The notes under the pieces: generated by a model | Databases searched by the model: none | Seen by the model: only the letters and a program-made list of their open reading frames with translations | Told to the model about the DNA's origin: nothing | Made by a program: the position numbers and the translations under genes | In this document: one piece after another, positions 35,594-45,297 of the stretch | Numbering within the stretch: position 1 is the stretch's first letter | Layout: each line of letters starts with the position of its first letter | NCBI GenBank assembly: GCA_016178685.1 | Contig: JACOSU010000164.1 | Location: forward strand, 1-48,132 | Direction: 5' to 3' | Length of the DNA stretch: 48,132 nt | Origin: Candidatus Eiseniibacteriota bacterium | GTDB taxonomy: Bacteria; Eisenbacteria; RBG-16-71-46

Positions 35594-36577
35594 GTGAAGC
35601 AGCTGGCCGGCCTCGCGCTCATCCTGGGGGTGCTCGGCATTCTCAATTTCGTGCTCCCGCAGGCGCTCAATCCCTACTTCATGCGCGTGCTGATGCTGTG
35701 CGGAATCAGCGTGGTGCTGGCGGTCTCGCTCAATCTGATCAACGGCTTCACCGGCCAGTTCTCGATCGGACACGCCGGATTCATGGCGGTGGGCGCGTAC
35801 GGCTCGGCGATGTTCTCGCTGCACGTGGGCGCGGGCTGGGTCAGGACGCTGGAGTCCGCGGGCGCGCCCGAGGCGGCGGCCCAGGGCCTCGCGTTGCTGG
35901 TGGCGCTGATGGTGGGCAGTGTGCTGGCTGCGATCGCCGGGTACCTGGTGGGTCTGCCGTCGCTGCGGCTGCGCGGGGATTACCTGGCGATCGTCACGCT
36001 CGGATTCGGAGAAATCATCCGCGTCATCATCACGAACGTGGATGCGGTCGGCGCGGCGCGCGGCCTCCCGGGAATCCCGGGCTGGGCCAATTTCTTCTGG
36101 GTGGGCCTCGCGGTGGTCGCGGTGGTGGTGGTCTCGCGGCGCCTGGCGAACAGCACCCACGGGCGCGCGCTGTTCGCGATCCGCGACGACGAGATCGCGG
36201 CCGAGGCGCTGGGCGTCGACACCACCCGTTACAAGGTGCTGGCGTTCGTGATCAGCTCGTTCTTCGCGGGGCTCGCGGGAGGACTGTTCGCGCACTACAA
36301 CGCCTACCTTCACCCCAACTCGTTCACGTTCCTCAAGAGCATTGAAGTGATCGCGATGGTGGTGCTGGGCGGCCTCGGGAGCATCTCGGGCTCGATCCTC
36401 GCCGCGATCCTGCTGACCGTGCTGCCCGAAGCGCTGCGCTCGGCGCAGGAGCTGCGCATGGTGATCTATTCGCTGATGCTGATCGTGCTCATGATCACAC
36501 GGCCGGGCGGACTGCTCGGGAACCGGGAGATCAGCCTCGATTTCCTGCGCCGCCGCCGCTCCGCGGGGCGCGCATGA
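35594..36577 (+). CDS. livM: branched-chain amino acid ABC transporter permease
   Basis: GQFSIGHAGFMAVGAY and LRLRGDYLAIVTLGFGEI. Confidence 0.9.
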   Translation: MKQLAGLALILGVLGILNFVLPQALNPYFMRVLMLCGISVVLAVSLNLINGFTGQFSIGHAGFMAVGAYGSAMFSLHVGAGWVRTLESAGAPEAAAQGLALLVALMVGSVLAAIAGYLVGLPSLRLRGDYLAIVTLGFGEIIRVIITNVDAVGAARGLPGIPGWANFFWVGLAVVAVVVVSRRLANSTHGRALFAIRDDEIAAEALGVDTTRYKVLAFVISSFFAGLAGGLFAHYNAYLHPNSFTFLKSIEVIAMVVLGGLGSISGSILAAILLTVLPEALRSAQELRMVIYSLMLIVLMITRPGGLLGNREISLDFLRRRRSAGRA

Positions 36578-37371
36578 ATCCCGACGTGCTGCTCGAGGTC
36601 GATCGCGTCACGATGCAATTCGGCGGCTTGAAGGCGGTCGCGGACCTCCAGCTCGAGATCGGCCGCGGCGAGCTGGTCGGGCTGATCGGTCCCAACGGCG
36701 CCGGCAAGACCACGGTGTTCAACTTCGTCACCGGCGTCTATGCGCCGACCGTGGGCCGCGTGCTGTTCGAGGGCCGCGCGATCCAGGGGCTCCGCCCCCA
36801 CGCGATCGCGAAGCGCGGCGTAACGCGAACCTTCCAGAACATCCGGCTGTTCGCCTCGCGCTGCTGCCGCGACAACGTGCTGATCGCCGCGCACCACCAC
36901 GCCACCGCCGGCCTTTCCGACGCGCTGCTGCGCAACCGGCGCTTCGCGGAGGACGAGCGCGGAATGCGCGACCGGGCCGACGAGCTGCTGGGCGTGATGG
37001 GGCTCACCGAGTGGGCCGACACGCGCGCCACCGAATTACCGTACGGCCAGCAGCGCCGGCTCGAGATCGCGCGCGCTCTCGCCGGACGGCCGCGCCTGCT
37101 GCTGCTCGATGAGCCAGCGGCCGGGCTCAACCCGCAGGAGAGCGAGCAGCTCATGCGCCTGATCGAGGACGTCCGCCGCCGTTTCGAGCTCACGATCCTG
37201 CTGATCGAGCACGACATGAAGGTCGTGATGGGGATCTGCCGGCGCATCGCGGTGCTCGACTACGGAATCAAGATCGCCGAGGGCACGCCCGACCAGATCC
37301 GCAGCGATCCGCGCGTGATCGAGGCCTACCTCGGCGAAGAAGTCACGGTCCCCAGGGCGAAGGGGAGCTGA
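36574..37371 (+). CDS. livG: ABC transporter ATP-binding protein
   Basis: GPNGAGKTT, LPYGQQRRLEIARAL, LLLLDEPAAG and the C-terminal BCA_ABC_TP_C-like end VIEAYLG. Confidence 0.93.
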   Translation: MNPDVLLEVDRVTMQFGGLKAVADLQLEIGRGELVGLIGPNGAGKTTVFNFVTGVYAPTVGRVLFEGRAIQGLRPHAIAKRGVTRTFQNIRLFASRCCRDNVLIAAHHHATAGLSDALLRNRRFAEDERGMRDRADELLGVMGLTEWADTRATELPYGQQRRLEIARALAGRPRLLLLDEPAAGLNPQESEQLMRLIEDVRRRFELTILLIEHDMKVVMGICRRIAVLDYGIKIAEGTPDQIRSDPRVIEAYLGEEVTVPRAKGS

Positions 37372-37373
37372 GC

Positions 37374-38078
37374 GTGCTCGAGGTTCGCGATCTCGACGTC
37401 TATTACGGAGCCATCCACGCTCTGAAAGGCGTGAGCGTGCGCGCCGAGTCGGGCGAGATCGTGACGCTGATCGGAGCCAACGGGGCGGGCAAGACCACGC
37501 TGCTGCGGACCATCTCGGGCCTGGTGCCTTCGCGCGCCGGCCGCATCACGTTCGAAGGCCGGGACATCACGAAGATGCCGGCGCACGAGATCGTGGGTCT
37601 CGGAATTTCTCAAGCGCCTGAGGGCCGCATGGTGTTCGCGAACCTCACGGCCGAAGTGAATCTCGAGCTGGGCGCGTATCTGCGCCGCGATCGCGCCGGG
37701 ATCCTCGAGGACCGCGAGAGGGTCTACACGCTGTTCCCTCGGCTGAAGGAACGCCGCCGCCAGAGCGCGGGCACCCTTTCGGGCGGCGAGCAGCAGCTGC
37801 TCCCGATCGGCCGCGCGCTGCTGTGGCGCCCGCGGCTGGTGCTGCTCGATGAGCCTTCGCTGGGCCTCGCCCCGCTGCTGGTGCGCGAGATCTTCCGCAC
37901 CATTCACCAGATCAATCGCGGCGGCGTCACCGTGCTGCTGGTCGAGCAGAACGCGCACATGGCGCTCTCGATCGCGAGCCGTGGCTACGTGCTCGAAACC
38001 GGACACGTGCGGCTCGAAGACCGTGCCTCAGCCCTGCTCGAAAACCCGGAAGTCAAGAGCGCCTATCTCGGCGGTTGA
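37374..38078 (+). CDS. livF: ABC transporter ATP-binding protein
   Basis: GANGAGKTT, LSGGEQQLL, VLLDEPSLGL and the end KSAYLGG. Confidence 0.93.
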   Translation: MLEVRDLDVYYGAIHALKGVSVRAESGEIVTLIGANGAGKTTLLRTISGLVPSRAGRITFEGRDITKMPAHEIVGLGISQAPEGRMVFANLTAEVNLELGAYLRRDRAGILEDRERVYTLFPRLKERRRQSAGTLSGGEQQLLPIGRALLWRPRLVLLDEPSLGLAPLLVREIFRTIHQINRGGVTVLLVEQNAHMALSIASRGYVLETGHVRLEDRASALLENPEVKSAYLGG

Positions 38079-38407
38079 TGTCCCAACCGGGACATTCTGA
38101 CCCGCCCGTATCCCCGGTATCCGCCGCAGGTCACGCCGCGACAGAGCCGTGCCTTCCCGCAAGCGGGTCCGAGATACTCCCAAAGTGGCAGGCGCCTGAC
38201 GCCGATACCCAGGCCGAACTTCCCTCCGGCGCCCGCGACGGATCAGGCAGGGCGTCGCCGGGACCGAATCAATTCCACCCGGCCGCAGGCACTCCCCCGG
38301 CGCCCGTGAACCGGCTTCGCAGGGTGGCGTCACTCGGAGACCCACGACATGCGGAAAATTTCCTTCTCAGGCCGGGCGCCGACCTGCATTCGGTCCTGTG
38401 GGGCGTG

Positions 38408-38878
38408 ATGCGGGGATCGGACCGCACATCTCCCGCCGCTCGTACGGAATCGGCGGCCCCGCTTCAAGCCGGACGTTCGCTCCGCGTCCTCCTCGCCGAG
38501 GACAATGTCGTCAATCGTCTTGTCATCACGTCCATGCTCGGCGCCTCCGGCCACGCCTGCACGGAAGTCGTGGACGGCCAGAGCGCCATCGACGCGCTGG
38601 CGCGTGAGACATTCAATTTGGTGCTCATGGATGTCGAAATGCCGGGCATCGGCGGATTCGAAGCGACCCGCCTGATCCGCGAGGCTGAAGCTCCGAGCGG
38701 GCGCCACGTTCCGATCGTCGCGCTCACCGCCCATGCGATGACCGGCGACAGGGAGAAGTGTCTGGCCGCCGGCATGGACGAATACCTGTCCAAACCGATC
38801 CAGCGCCGCGAGCTGCTGGCCCTGATCGACCGCATGTTCCCGGCGGCCGACGACGAATCCGCGCCGATGGCGGCGTAA
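38408..38878 (+). CDS. receiver-only response regulator (CheY-like)
   Basis: VLLAEDN, LVLMDVEMPG (phospho-acceptor Asp), ALTAH and YLSKP. An ATG at 38078 (TGATG-coupled to livF) would add 110 aa of low-complexity sequence with background-level GC3, so the start is uncertain. Confidence 0.7.
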   Translation: MRGSDRTSPAARTESAAPLQAGRSLRVLLAEDNVVNRLVITSMLGASGHACTEVVDGQSAIDALARETFNLVLMDVEMPGIGGFEATRLIREAEAPSGRHVPIVALTAHAMTGDREKCLAAGMDEYLSKPIQRRELLALIDRMFPAADDESAPMAA

Positions 38879-38927
38879 CCGGCGTCCCCCGTCGCCAAGG
38901 TGGCCGCCCGCCGGACGTTCGCTTAAG

Positions 38928-40328
38928 ATGGCGCGCATCGTGCGCCGATCGAACCTCCGAAACCTGCCCGCGGTCGAAGCGCTGCTGGGCCACGCCGCCC
39001 TGGCGCGCGCGCTCGAGCGGCTTCCGCGCCCGGTGGTGGTCGAAGCGGTGCGGGCCGAACTGGCCGATGCGCGCGCGCGGCTCACGCGCGAAGGCGGGGC
39101 CGCGCCCGATCCGGCGGCGCTCGCCGCCCAGGCCGCGCGGCGCGCCGAGCAGGCCGCCCGCCCTCAATTGCGCCGCGTGCTCAACGCGACCGGCGTCGTG
39201 CTGCACACGAATCTCGGACGCGCCCCGCTCGCCGAGGTCGCGCGGCGCGCGGTGTCCGACGTGGCGCGCGGTTATTCGAGCCTCGAGTTCGATCTCGACA
39301 GCGGACGGCGCGGCGAGCGCGGCCTGGGCGTCGAGCGCTGGCTCACGCTTCTCACCGGCGCCGAGGCGGCGCTGGCGGTCAACAACGGAGCGGGAGCGGT
39401 GCTGCTCGCGCTCTCCTCCCTGGCCAGGGGACGCGGCGTGATCGTTTCGCGCGGCGAGCTGGTCGAGATCGGCGGCTCGTTCCGCATTCCCGAGATCCTC
39501 GAGAAGAGCGGCGCGCGGCTGATCGAGGTGGGCACCACGAACCGCACGCATCTGCGCGATTACGAGCGGGCGCTGAAGGGCGATGACGTGGCGGCGATCC
39601 TGCGCGTTCATCGCAGCAACTTCCGGCTCGACGGTTTCACCGCACAGCCCGATCCGCGAGCGCTGTCGGCGCTGGCAAGAAAGCGCCGCGTTCCGTTCAT
39701 CGAGGATCTGGGCAGCGGGGCGCTGGTGGATCTGGCGGCGCTCGGGCTCGCGCACGAGCCCACGGTCACCGAGAGTCTCCTGGCGGGAGCGGACGTCGTG
39801 ACGTGCTCGGGGGACAAGCTGCTGGGCGGCTCTCAGGCCGGGCTGCTGGTGGGCCGCCGCCGGTGGATCGAGAAGCTGCGCAAGGATCCGCTCGCGCGGG
39901 CCCTGCGGCTCGACAAGCTGGCGCTCGCCGCGCTCGAAGCGACGCTGCCGCTCTACGCGGACCCGCTCCGCGCGGCGCGGGAGGTTCCGGCGCTCGCGAT
40001 GCTGGCGATCGGGGAGGACGCGCTCGAAGTGCGGGCGAGACGGCTCGCTACGGCGCTCGAATCGCGGATTTCCGCGCTCACCGTGCGCCTCGTGCGGGGT
40101 CCCGGTGAGGTGGGCGGCGGCGCTCTGCCGCTTCACGAACTGCCCGGCTGGGCGGTCGAGGTCAGGCACGCTTCGCTCGATGCGAACGATCTTCAGCGCC
40201 TCGCTCGATCGGCCGAGCCGCCGGTGCTCGGCATCATTCGCGGCGGCGCATTCCGCCTCGATCCTCGCGCGCTGAGCGAGGCCGAGCTTGATGAAGCGAC
40301 CGGGGCTCTGGCCGCGATCTGGAGCTGA
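38928..40328 (+). CDS. selA: L-seryl-tRNA(Sec) selenium transferase
   Basis: LNATGVVLHTNLGRAPL, RGELVEIGGSFRIPEI and the PLP-lysine motif CSGDKLLGGSQAG. Confidence 0.92.
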   Translation: MARIVRRSNLRNLPAVEALLGHAALARALERLPRPVVVEAVRAELADARARLTREGGAAPDPAALAAQAARRAEQAARPQLRRVLNATGVVLHTNLGRAPLAEVARRAVSDVARGYSSLEFDLDSGRRGERGLGVERWLTLLTGAEAALAVNNGAGAVLLALSSLARGRGVIVSRGELVEIGGSFRIPEILEKSGARLIEVGTTNRTHLRDYERALKGDDVAAILRVHRSNFRLDGFTAQPDPRALSALARKRRVPFIEDLGSGALVDLAALGLAHEPTVTESLLAGADVVTCSGDKLLGGSQAGLLVGRRRWIEKLRKDPLARALRLDKLALAALEATLPLYADPLRAAREVPALAMLAIGEDALEVRARRLATALESRISALTVRLVRGPGEVGGGALPLHELPGWAVEVRHASLDANDLQRLARSAEPPVLGIIRGGAFRLDPRALSEAELDEATGALAAIWS

Positions 40329-40359
40329 GGCCGACCACGCGAGAACCCGCACGGAATCG

Positions 40360-40388
40360 TTGACCCCCGCGGCCCATGCCGTTACTGT
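40360..40388 (+). promoter_or_regulatory. sigma70-like promoter candidate (TTGACC-17 nt-TACTGT) upstream of smc
   Basis: Hexamers lie at 40360-40365 and 40383-40388 with a 17-nt spacer. This would give a ~210-nt GC-rich leader. Confidence 0.3.
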
Positions 40389-40608
40389 GGCGGGTGGCAG
40401 ACCGTTCCGAATGCTTCGTGCCGGCTCCGTCCACGCCCCTCGCCAGGGGGGGGCCTCGCGGTCCGCGGCGCCTCCCAGTTCGCGACGGCCGGCCCCAGAG
40501 ACAGTGCGCATGCATCCTGCTACGACAGCGAAGTCTCGCAAGACGACGAGTTCGGTTGCGCCGCCGCGGTTCGACTCTCCGCGGGCGCCGAACGAAGAGG
40601 GGACAGGG

Positions 40609-43600
40609 ATGTTTCTCTACAAGCTCGAACTCCAGGGCTTCAAGTCGTTCGTGGACAAGACCGACGTGCTGTTCAGCGACGGCATCACGGGCGTCATCGG
40701 TCCGAACGGGTGCGGCAAGACCAACGTCTCGGACGCCATCCGCTGGGTGATGGGCGAGCAGAGCGCGAAACAGTTGCGCGGCGACTCGATGGAAGACGTG
40801 ATCTTCAACGGCGCGCCGTCGCGCAAGCCGCTCGGGATGGCCGAGGTCCACCTCACGTTCAAGAACGATCGCGGGCTGCTGCCCACCGAGTTCTCCGAGG
40901 TCGCGATCTCGCGGCGCGTGTTCCGTTCCGGCGTGAGCGAGTACTTTCTCAACCAGACGCCGTGCCGGCTCAAGGACATCCGCGACCTGTTCTATGGCAC
41001 CGGGATGGGGAGCCACGCGTATTCGGTGATCGAGCGGCAGATGGTGGAGAACATCCTCTCGGACAACACCGGCCATCGCCGGTTCCTGTTCGAAGAGGCG
41101 GCCGGCATCACGAAATACAAGGCCCGCAAGAAGGAAGCGCTCTCGAAACTGGATGCGACCGAGACCGACCTGACGCGCCTCAACGACATCGTGTTCGAGA
41201 TCGAGCGCGAGTTGCGTTCTCTCGCGCGCCAGGTCGGCAAGGCCCGCAAGTATCAGCGTCTGCGCGACGAGATCCGGGATCTCGACCTGCAGCTCACAGC
41301 CGGACGGGTCGAGGCGCTCAGGAAGCACGAGATCGAAACGCGGGAGCAGTGGCAGGAGGAGGCGGTCCGACGCGAGGGCATCACCGCCGCGCTCGATCAA
41401 CTCGAGGCGTCGCTCAACGATTCCAAGCTCGCGCTGCTCGAGGTCGAACGCGAGCTCACGACCGCGCAGGGCGGACTGCGCGATCGCGAAGACGCCCGCG
41501 CCCGCGCTGAACAGCAGGTTGTGCTGCTGCGCGAGCGGGCCGCCGGACTGCTCCGCCGCGCCGAGGAAGGCGCCGGCGAGGCGGCCCGGTTGCGCGAGCG
41601 TCACGCCGAAGTTTCATCCCGCGAGAACGAGGCGGACACGCAGCGCGTGTCGATCCGCGAGCAGCGTGATTCCGCGCAGACCGCGGCCGAGGGTTGCGAA
41701 AAATCTCTGAACGAGCTCGAGGGAGAGCTGCGCCAGCGCCGCCGGGTGGCCTCGGATCACAAGCAGCTTTCGCTCGACCTGTTCTCGGCCGAGACCGAGA
41801 AGCGCGGGGCGTGCGAGCGCATCCGCGAACGCCAGCACTCGCTCACCGAGCGGCGCGACGCCGCCTCGGCGAGGAGGGCCGAGATCGAAGCGCGGATCGG
41901 TGAGCTCACGCGCGTGACCGAGACCGGCCAGGCGGGCGTCCGGGGCCTGGCGGAGGAGCTCGACGAATCGCGGCGACTGCTCGGCGAAACGGATCGCGAG
42001 ATCGAGTCGCTGGTGGCCTCGAACGCCGCCCATGCCGCGCGTCTTTCGGCCCAGCGCCAGGAGGCCGCGGCCGCCGAGTCACGACTCAATACGTTGCTCG
42101 AGCTCAAGCGGAACTTCGATGGCGTCTCGGACGGGGTGAAGGCGCTGCTGCGCGAGAACGATCGCCCGGCCGGAGTGCGCGGCGTGGTGGCCGACGTGCT
42201 GGAAGTTCCCGCCCGCTACCTCGACGCGCTCGAGGCCTCGCTCGGCGAGGCGGCCGCGTTCGTGCTGGCCGAGGACCGCGCGGCGGTCGAGCATGCGGTG
42301 GAACGCCTGCGCACGCTCGACTCGGGACGCGCCACGGTGCTCGATGTCTCGAGCCTCTCCTCCGCACCGGCGCCGCCGGTTCCGAAGGGGGAGGGCGTGA
42401 TCGGACGCGCATCCGATCTGGTGCGCTGCGAGGACCGCTTCCGGTCTCTCGCGGAGCGGCTGCTCGGCACCGTGCTGGTGGTCGAGAACCGCGAAGTGGC
42501 GGAGCGCCTGGCGCTCGGATCCGAGGGCGGACTCCGGTTCGTGAGCCTGGATGGCGAAGTGTGGGAGCGCGGTCGCGTTCGCGCGGGATCCTCGCGCAAC
42601 CTGAGCGGCCTGCTGCACCGCGAGACCCAGATCCGTGAACTGAGCGGGCAGATCGCGGAGCAGGCGCTCGCGATCGAGGGTCTGGACCACGAACGCGAAT
42701 CGCTCGAGGCCGTGCGCGGTCGGCTGCTCGCGAACCGCGCCCTGGCCGAGGCGGGAGTGGACGCGCGGCGTGTCGCGCTCGAAGCGGCCCGCCGCGATCT
42801 CGAGGCGGCGGAGCGGGAGAGCCGCTGGTCGGCGGCGGAGGTCGATGAGCGGGGGCGCGAAATCGCCGCGATCGATGCGGAGCTCGACTCGCTCGGCCGC
42901 GCGCGGGTTCAGGCCGAGGCGGACCACGCGGAATTCCAGCGACAGCTCGAAGCCGCGCGCGCCCGGCTCACGGATCTGGACGGCGTCGTACGCGCTCTCG
43001 AGACGCGCCGGGACGAGGCGGCGCTCGCCGCGCAGGCGTCGCGCGAAAAGCTGCTGCGGCTCTCGCGCGAGCTGGGCGAGTGGGAAAGCCAGTGGGCGCG
43101 CGCCGAGCAGACCCGGCGCGAGCTCGAGAGCGGCATCGAGCAGCGCGTGCGCGACGAGGCGGAGGCGCGCTCTCGCGTCGCCGAGATCGAGGCCGAAGTG
43201 AACGGACTGTCGTCCGGTCTCACCGGGCTGCTCGAGTCGGAATCCTCCCAGCGCGAGCGCGTGGTCGAACTCCAGAAGCGCATGCTCGCGACCCGCGAGG
43301 AGACCCGGGTCGGGGAGGAAGCGGCGCGGCAGAAGCGCTTCGAGCAGACCGAACTGGGCGAGCTTCTCCACCAGCTCGAACTCGACCGAGTGCAGACCCG
43401 CGCCGAACTCGACCTGACGTTCGAGCGCCTGCGCACCGAATACGAAATGGACCCGGACGCCTGGAGCCCCGTGGCGCCGCCCGAGGGATTCGACGAGGCC
43501 GCCGCTCACCGGCAGCTCGAGGAGCAGCGCGCGCGCTTCAAGGCCATCGGCGTTGTCAACCTGCTGGCGCTCGAGGAGTATTCGAAGAAAAAGGAACGCT

Positions 43601-44202
43601 GGCAGTTCCTCACCCGGCAGCGCGAGGATCTGAACTCGGCGAGGGCGCAGCTGCTGGAGGCGATCGAGAAGATCAACCTGACCGCCAGCCAGATGTTCAG
43701 CGATACGTTTCTCAAGGTGCACGAGCACTTTCGCGTGATCTTCGAGACTCTGTTCGAAGGCGGCGACTGTGAGCTGCGCATGGTGGGGGAGGATCCGCTC
43801 GAGTGCGAGATCGAAATCGTGGCGAAGCCCCGCGGCAAGCACCTGCAGAGCATCAGCCTCATGTCGGGCGGCGAGCGCGCGCTCACCGCGATCGCGTTGC
43901 TGTTCGCGATCTACCTGGTCAAGCCGTCACCGTTCTGCCTGCTCGACGAAGTCGACGCGCCGCTCGACGACGCGAACGTGGAGCGCTTCCTGAACATGCT
44001 GCGGCGCTTCAGCGGGCGCACCCAGTTCGTGGTGATCACGCACAACAAGAAGACGATGGAGGCTGCGCACTGCCTCTACGGCGTGACCATGCAGGAGCTG
44101 GGCATCTCGAAGCTGGTGTCGGTGAAGTTCGACGGCGAAGACGCCTCGAAGCGCGCCGAACGCATGCACCCGGCCGAGCTGGCCGGGGCGTCCGCGGGCT
44201 GA
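40609..44202 (+). CDS. smc: chromosome segregation protein SMC
   Basis: MFLYKLELQGFKSFVDKT...GPNGCGKTNVSDAIRWV, long coiled coils, a hinge, MSGGERALTA and LLDEVDAPLD. ATG 40609 was chosen because the upstream ORF extension has no SMC similarity. Confidence 0.95.
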   Translation: MFLYKLELQGFKSFVDKTDVLFSDGITGVIGPNGCGKTNVSDAIRWVMGEQSAKQLRGDSMEDVIFNGAPSRKPLGMAEVHLTFKNDRGLLPTEFSEVAISRRVFRSGVSEYFLNQTPCRLKDIRDLFYGTGMGSHAYSVIERQMVENILSDNTGHRRFLFEEAAGITKYKARKKEALSKLDATETDLTRLNDIVFEIERELRSLARQVGKARKYQRLRDEIRDLDLQLTAGRVEALRKHEIETREQWQEEAVRREGITAALDQLEASLNDSKLALLEVERELTTAQGGLRDREDARARAEQQVVLLRERAAGLLRRAEEGAGEAARLRERHAEVSSRENEADTQRVSIREQRDSAQTAAEGCEKSLNELEGELRQRRRVASDHKQLSLDLFSAETEKRGACERIRERQHSLTERRDAASARRAEIEARIGELTRVTETGQAGVRGLAEELDESRRLLGETDREIESLVASNAAHAARLSAQRQEAAAAESRLNTLLELKRNFDGVSDGVKALLRENDRPAGVRGVVADVLEVPARYLDALEASLGEAAAFVLAEDRAAVEHAVERLRTLDSGRATVLDVSSLSSAPAPPVPKGEGVIGRASDLVRCEDRFRSLAERLLGTVLVVENREVAERLALGSEGGLRFVSLDGEVWERGRVRAGSSRNLSGLLHRETQIRELSGQIAEQALAIEGLDHERESLEAVRGRLLANRALAEAGVDARRVALEAARRDLEAAERESRWSAAEVDERGREIAAIDAELDSLGRARVQAEADHAEFQRQLEAARARLTDLDGVVRALETRRDEAALAAQASREKLLRLSRELGEWESQWARAEQTRRELESGIEQRVRDEAEARSRVAEIEAEVNGLSSGLTGLLESESSQRERVVELQKRMLATREETRVGEEAARQKRFEQTELGELLHQLELDRVQTRAELDLTFERLRTEYEMDPDAWSPVAPPEGFDEAAAHRQLEEQRARFKAIGVVNLLALEEYSKKKERWQFLTRQREDLNSARAQLLEAIEKINLTASQMFSDTFLKVHEHFRVIFETLFEGGDCELRMVGEDPLECEIEIVAKPRGKHLQSISLMSGGERALTAIALLFAIYLVKPSPFCLLDEVDAPLDDANVERFLNMLRRFSGRTQFVVITHNKKTMEAAHCLYGVTMQELGISKLVSVKFDGEDASKRAERMHPAELAGASAG

Positions 44203-44296
44203 GCCGGCGCGCGCGACCTTCCAGCCCGAACCGGGCCGCGCGGGAGGTTTCCGAATCGACATTCCTCGCTGCCGGCCCGGATTCCATGACCCGAGC

Positions 44297-45208
44297 ATGA
44301 ACCTGTGGAGCCGCTTTCGTCAGGGACTCGAGCGCACCCGCGATGCGCTCGCAGAGAGCGTCGGAGGCGCGCTCGGGCTGCGCGGGACCGTGGATGCCGG
44401 CACACGTCAGCGGCTCGAAGACGCGCTGATCGCCGCCGATGTCGGGCCCGCGACCGCCGAACGCCTGATTGCGCGCGCCGAGCAGCGCATGCGCGAGGAC
44501 GACGTGGATCTTGGAACCGGGCTCGAGCGCGAGGCCGCCTCGATGCTGGGCGCGAGCGGGGCCGGTTTCGAGCCCGGAAGCGAACGGCCGTGGGTGATGA
44601 TGATGGTCGGAGTCAACGGCGTGGGGAAGACCTCGCTGGCCGGCAAGCTGGCCGCGCGCTTCGCGCGCGAGGGCCGGCGCACGCTGCTGATCGCCGCCGA
44701 CACGTTTCGCGCCGCGGCCACCGAGCAACTCGAGGTCTGGGCGGAGCGCGCCGCGGTCGAGATGGTGCGCGGCCGCGACGGCGTGGATCCGGCCTCCGTG
44801 GTGCACGACGGCCTGTCGGCGGCGCTCGCGCGCGCGGTCGAGATCGCGATCATCGACACCGCCGGGCGCCTCCACACGCGCCACAATCTGATGGAGGAAC
44901 TCGGCAAGGTGCGGCGGGTGTGTGCGCGCGTGGTCCCCGGCGCGCCGCACGACGTGATGCTGGTGCTCGATGCGACGCTCGGTCAGAACGGACTGCAGCA
45001 GGCGCGGGAATTCCAGCGCACCACGCCGATCACATGCCTTGCGATCAACAAGCTCGACGGCACGGCGCGCGGAGGCGCGGTGCTCGCGATCGCGGATCAG
45101 CTGGGCCTGCCGATCCGAGTGGCGGGACTGGGCGAGGGGATCGACGACTGGGAGCCATTCGACCCCGAGGCGTTCGCGCGCGGCCTGTTCGAATCGCACA
45201 CCGCCTGA
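44297..45208 (+). CDS. ftsY: signal recognition particle-docking protein FtsY (NG domain only)
   Basis: GVNGVGKTS, DTAGRLH and INKLDGTARGG. It lies downstream of smc as in many bacteria. Confidence 0.95.
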   Translation: MNLWSRFRQGLERTRDALAESVGGALGLRGTVDAGTRQRLEDALIAADVGPATAERLIARAEQRMREDDVDLGTGLEREAASMLGASGAGFEPGSERPWVMMMVGVNGVGKTSLAGKLAARFAREGRRTLLIAADTFRAAATEQLEVWAERAAVEMVRGRDGVDPASVVHDGLSAALARAVEIAIIDTAGRLHTRHNLMEELGKVRRVCARVVPGAPHDVMLVLDATLGQNGLQQAREFQRTTPITCLAINKLDGTARGGAVLAIADQLGLPIRVAGLGEGIDDWEPFDPEAFARGLFESHTA

Positions 45209-45244
45209 CCGAATCGCGCACCGCCCGATCCCATCGCGCAGCGC

Positions 45245-45297
45245 CCGATGGACCCGCGCGCAGCCTGTTCAAACCGCGCGCGGCCGGATCGCATCGG
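45245..45297. terminator. GC-rich extended hairpin between convergent ftsY and 45314..46222(-)
   Basis: CCGATG-ga-CCGCGCGC (45245-45261) pairs with GCGCGCGG-ccggatcg-CATCGG (45276-45297). There is no U-tract on either side, so a terminator function is only inferred from position. Confidence 0.35.

Noticed and set aside
38079-38407. Searched this spacer upstream of selA, on both strands, for selC or another tRNA.
   Set aside because: The only TCA-containing candidate loop (gaatcaattcc, around 38265-38275) lacks U33 and has no flanking stem. No T-arm motif is present.
40476-40600. Possible tRNA-Sec (selC) downstream of selA: a GGTTCGACTCTCC T-arm-like hairpin plus a 7-bp CGGCGCC/GGCGCCG acceptor-like pairing.
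   Set aside because: The enclosed segment is ~125 nt, too long. There is no UCA triplet anywhere in a plausible anticodon loop. The T-loop would be 9 nt. Short GC-rich complementarities are expected by chance here.
40288-40608. N-terminal extensions offered by the ORF track: SMC as 1304 aa from 40288, L25 as 602 aa from 23205, the UbiA gene from 19660, ispE from 20517, the CNNM gene from 2499, recX from 12360.
   Set aside because: The extensions overlap the preceding well-supported genes in another frame or are Arg-rich nonsense. The recognisable family N-termini start at the internal ATG/GTG codons I used, several of them with SD-like motifs or stop-start overlaps.
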